From Kiritimatiella glycovorans (GTDB lineage Bacteria > Verrucomicrobiota > Kiritimatiellia > Kiritimatiellales > Kiritimatiellaceae): a stretch of DNA of 32,000 bases. Where the stretch lies: NCBI RefSeq assembly GCF_001017655.1, contig NZ_CP010904.1, positions 2,160,001-2,192,000 on the forward strand. Direction: 5' to 3'. Shown piece after piece: positions 31,774 through 32,000 of this stretch. Both the position numbers and the translations under genes were made by a program. A model generated the notes under the pieces. The model did no database searches. It was not told where the DNA came from and saw only the letters and a program-made list of their open reading frames with translations. The stretch's first letter is position 1. Each line of letters begins with the position of its first letter.

Positions 31774-32000
31774 GGAGTGCGCTGACGCCGTCAGCGCTTT
31801 TTTCAGAGCGGTGACGTAAGTCACCGCACTCCAGAACGCTTCTCGATTCTCTCGCCACCCTTCTCGCGGTCTGGAGTGCGCTGACTCAGTCAGCGCTTTT
31901 TCCAGAGCGGTGACGCAGGTCACCGCACTCCAGAACGCTTCTCGATTCTCTCGCCACCCTCTCACGGTCTGGAGTGCGCTGACGCCGTCAGCGCTTTTTC
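31774..32000 (+). repeat. Tandem array of 98-99-bp structured units (2.3 copies visible, truncated by the window end)
   Basis: GGAGTGCGCTGAC... starts at 31774, 31873 and 31971. Each unit contains two 8-bp-stem palindromes (GCGCTGAC/GTCAGCGC + T-run; GCGGTGAC/GTCACCGC) and an outer inverted repeat (CT)GGAGTGCG/CGCACTCC(AG). Confidence 0.9.
31779..31803 (+). terminator. Rho-independent terminator after the SIMPL-like gene (also hairpin 1 of repeat copy 1)
   Basis: GCGCTGAC-GCC-GTCAGCGC (8-bp stem, 3-nt loop) followed by TTTTTT. Confidence 0.6.

Noticed and set aside
31618-31965. 115-aa minus ORF with an internally repeated peptide (GWRENREAFWSAVT...)
   Set aside because: The repeat in the peptide is just the translation of the 98-99-bp DNA tandem repeat. 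The palindromic, terminator-like content argues for a non-coding element.
31774-32000. Possible CRISPR array
   Set aside because: The entire ~99-bp unit repeats, so there are no unique spacers. The unit is too long, it contains T-run terminator-like hairpins, and there are no cas genes in the window.

Overview
This is a densely coding, high-GC (roughly 65% by eye) bacterial chromosomal segment. I saw no transposase, integrase, phage, CRISPR or rRNA genes. All family calls come from motif recognition in the supplied translations, because no database search was possible.

Gene order:
- Partial hydG and hydE ([FeFe]-hydrogenase maturases), a small membrane protein, then a LarC-like nickel-insertion protein overlapping an HD-domain hydrolase.
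- DUF72 and a small ferredoxin on the minus strand.
- A NAPRTase-like gene translationally coupled to a radical-SAM gene, converging on a class II (B12-type) ribonucleoside-triphosphate reductase.
- tRNA-Ala(CGC).
- A co-directional block: exosortase, EpsI, eukaryote-type xylulokinase, TolB, Pal, and a double degenerate GGDEF protein. It converges on a PEP-CTERM lectin-like cargo gene and a small outer-membrane barrel.
- A stand-alone FabH-like KAS III, a sulfotransferase and an SDR.
- A tightly packed five-gene module (ABC ATPase, FtsX permease, LolA-like carrier, AlgE/DUF1302-like barrel, 703-aa secreted propeller/TSP3 protein), running straight into pdxJ and an MscS channel.
- recA and a SIMPL-like secreted protein.

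Non-coding highlights:
- Nine tandem 8-nt units with an embedded G-quadruplex motif after hydE.
- A 144-bp element with 19-bp terminal inverted repeats and a perfect 9-bp flanking direct repeat in the recA upstream region (MITE-like).
- A tandem array of about 99-bp units built from nested palindromes that runs off the 3' end of the window.

The best candidates for something undescribed are the ABC/LolA-like/barrel/propeller envelope module together with its neighbouring lipid and sulfation genes, and the exosortase-EpsI-xylulokinase-TolB-Pal-pseudo-GGDEF array. Both are inferences from gene order and motifs.

Lineage guess (inference only): an anaerobic member of the PVC group (Kiritimatiellota, Verrucomicrobiota or Lentisphaerota-like).
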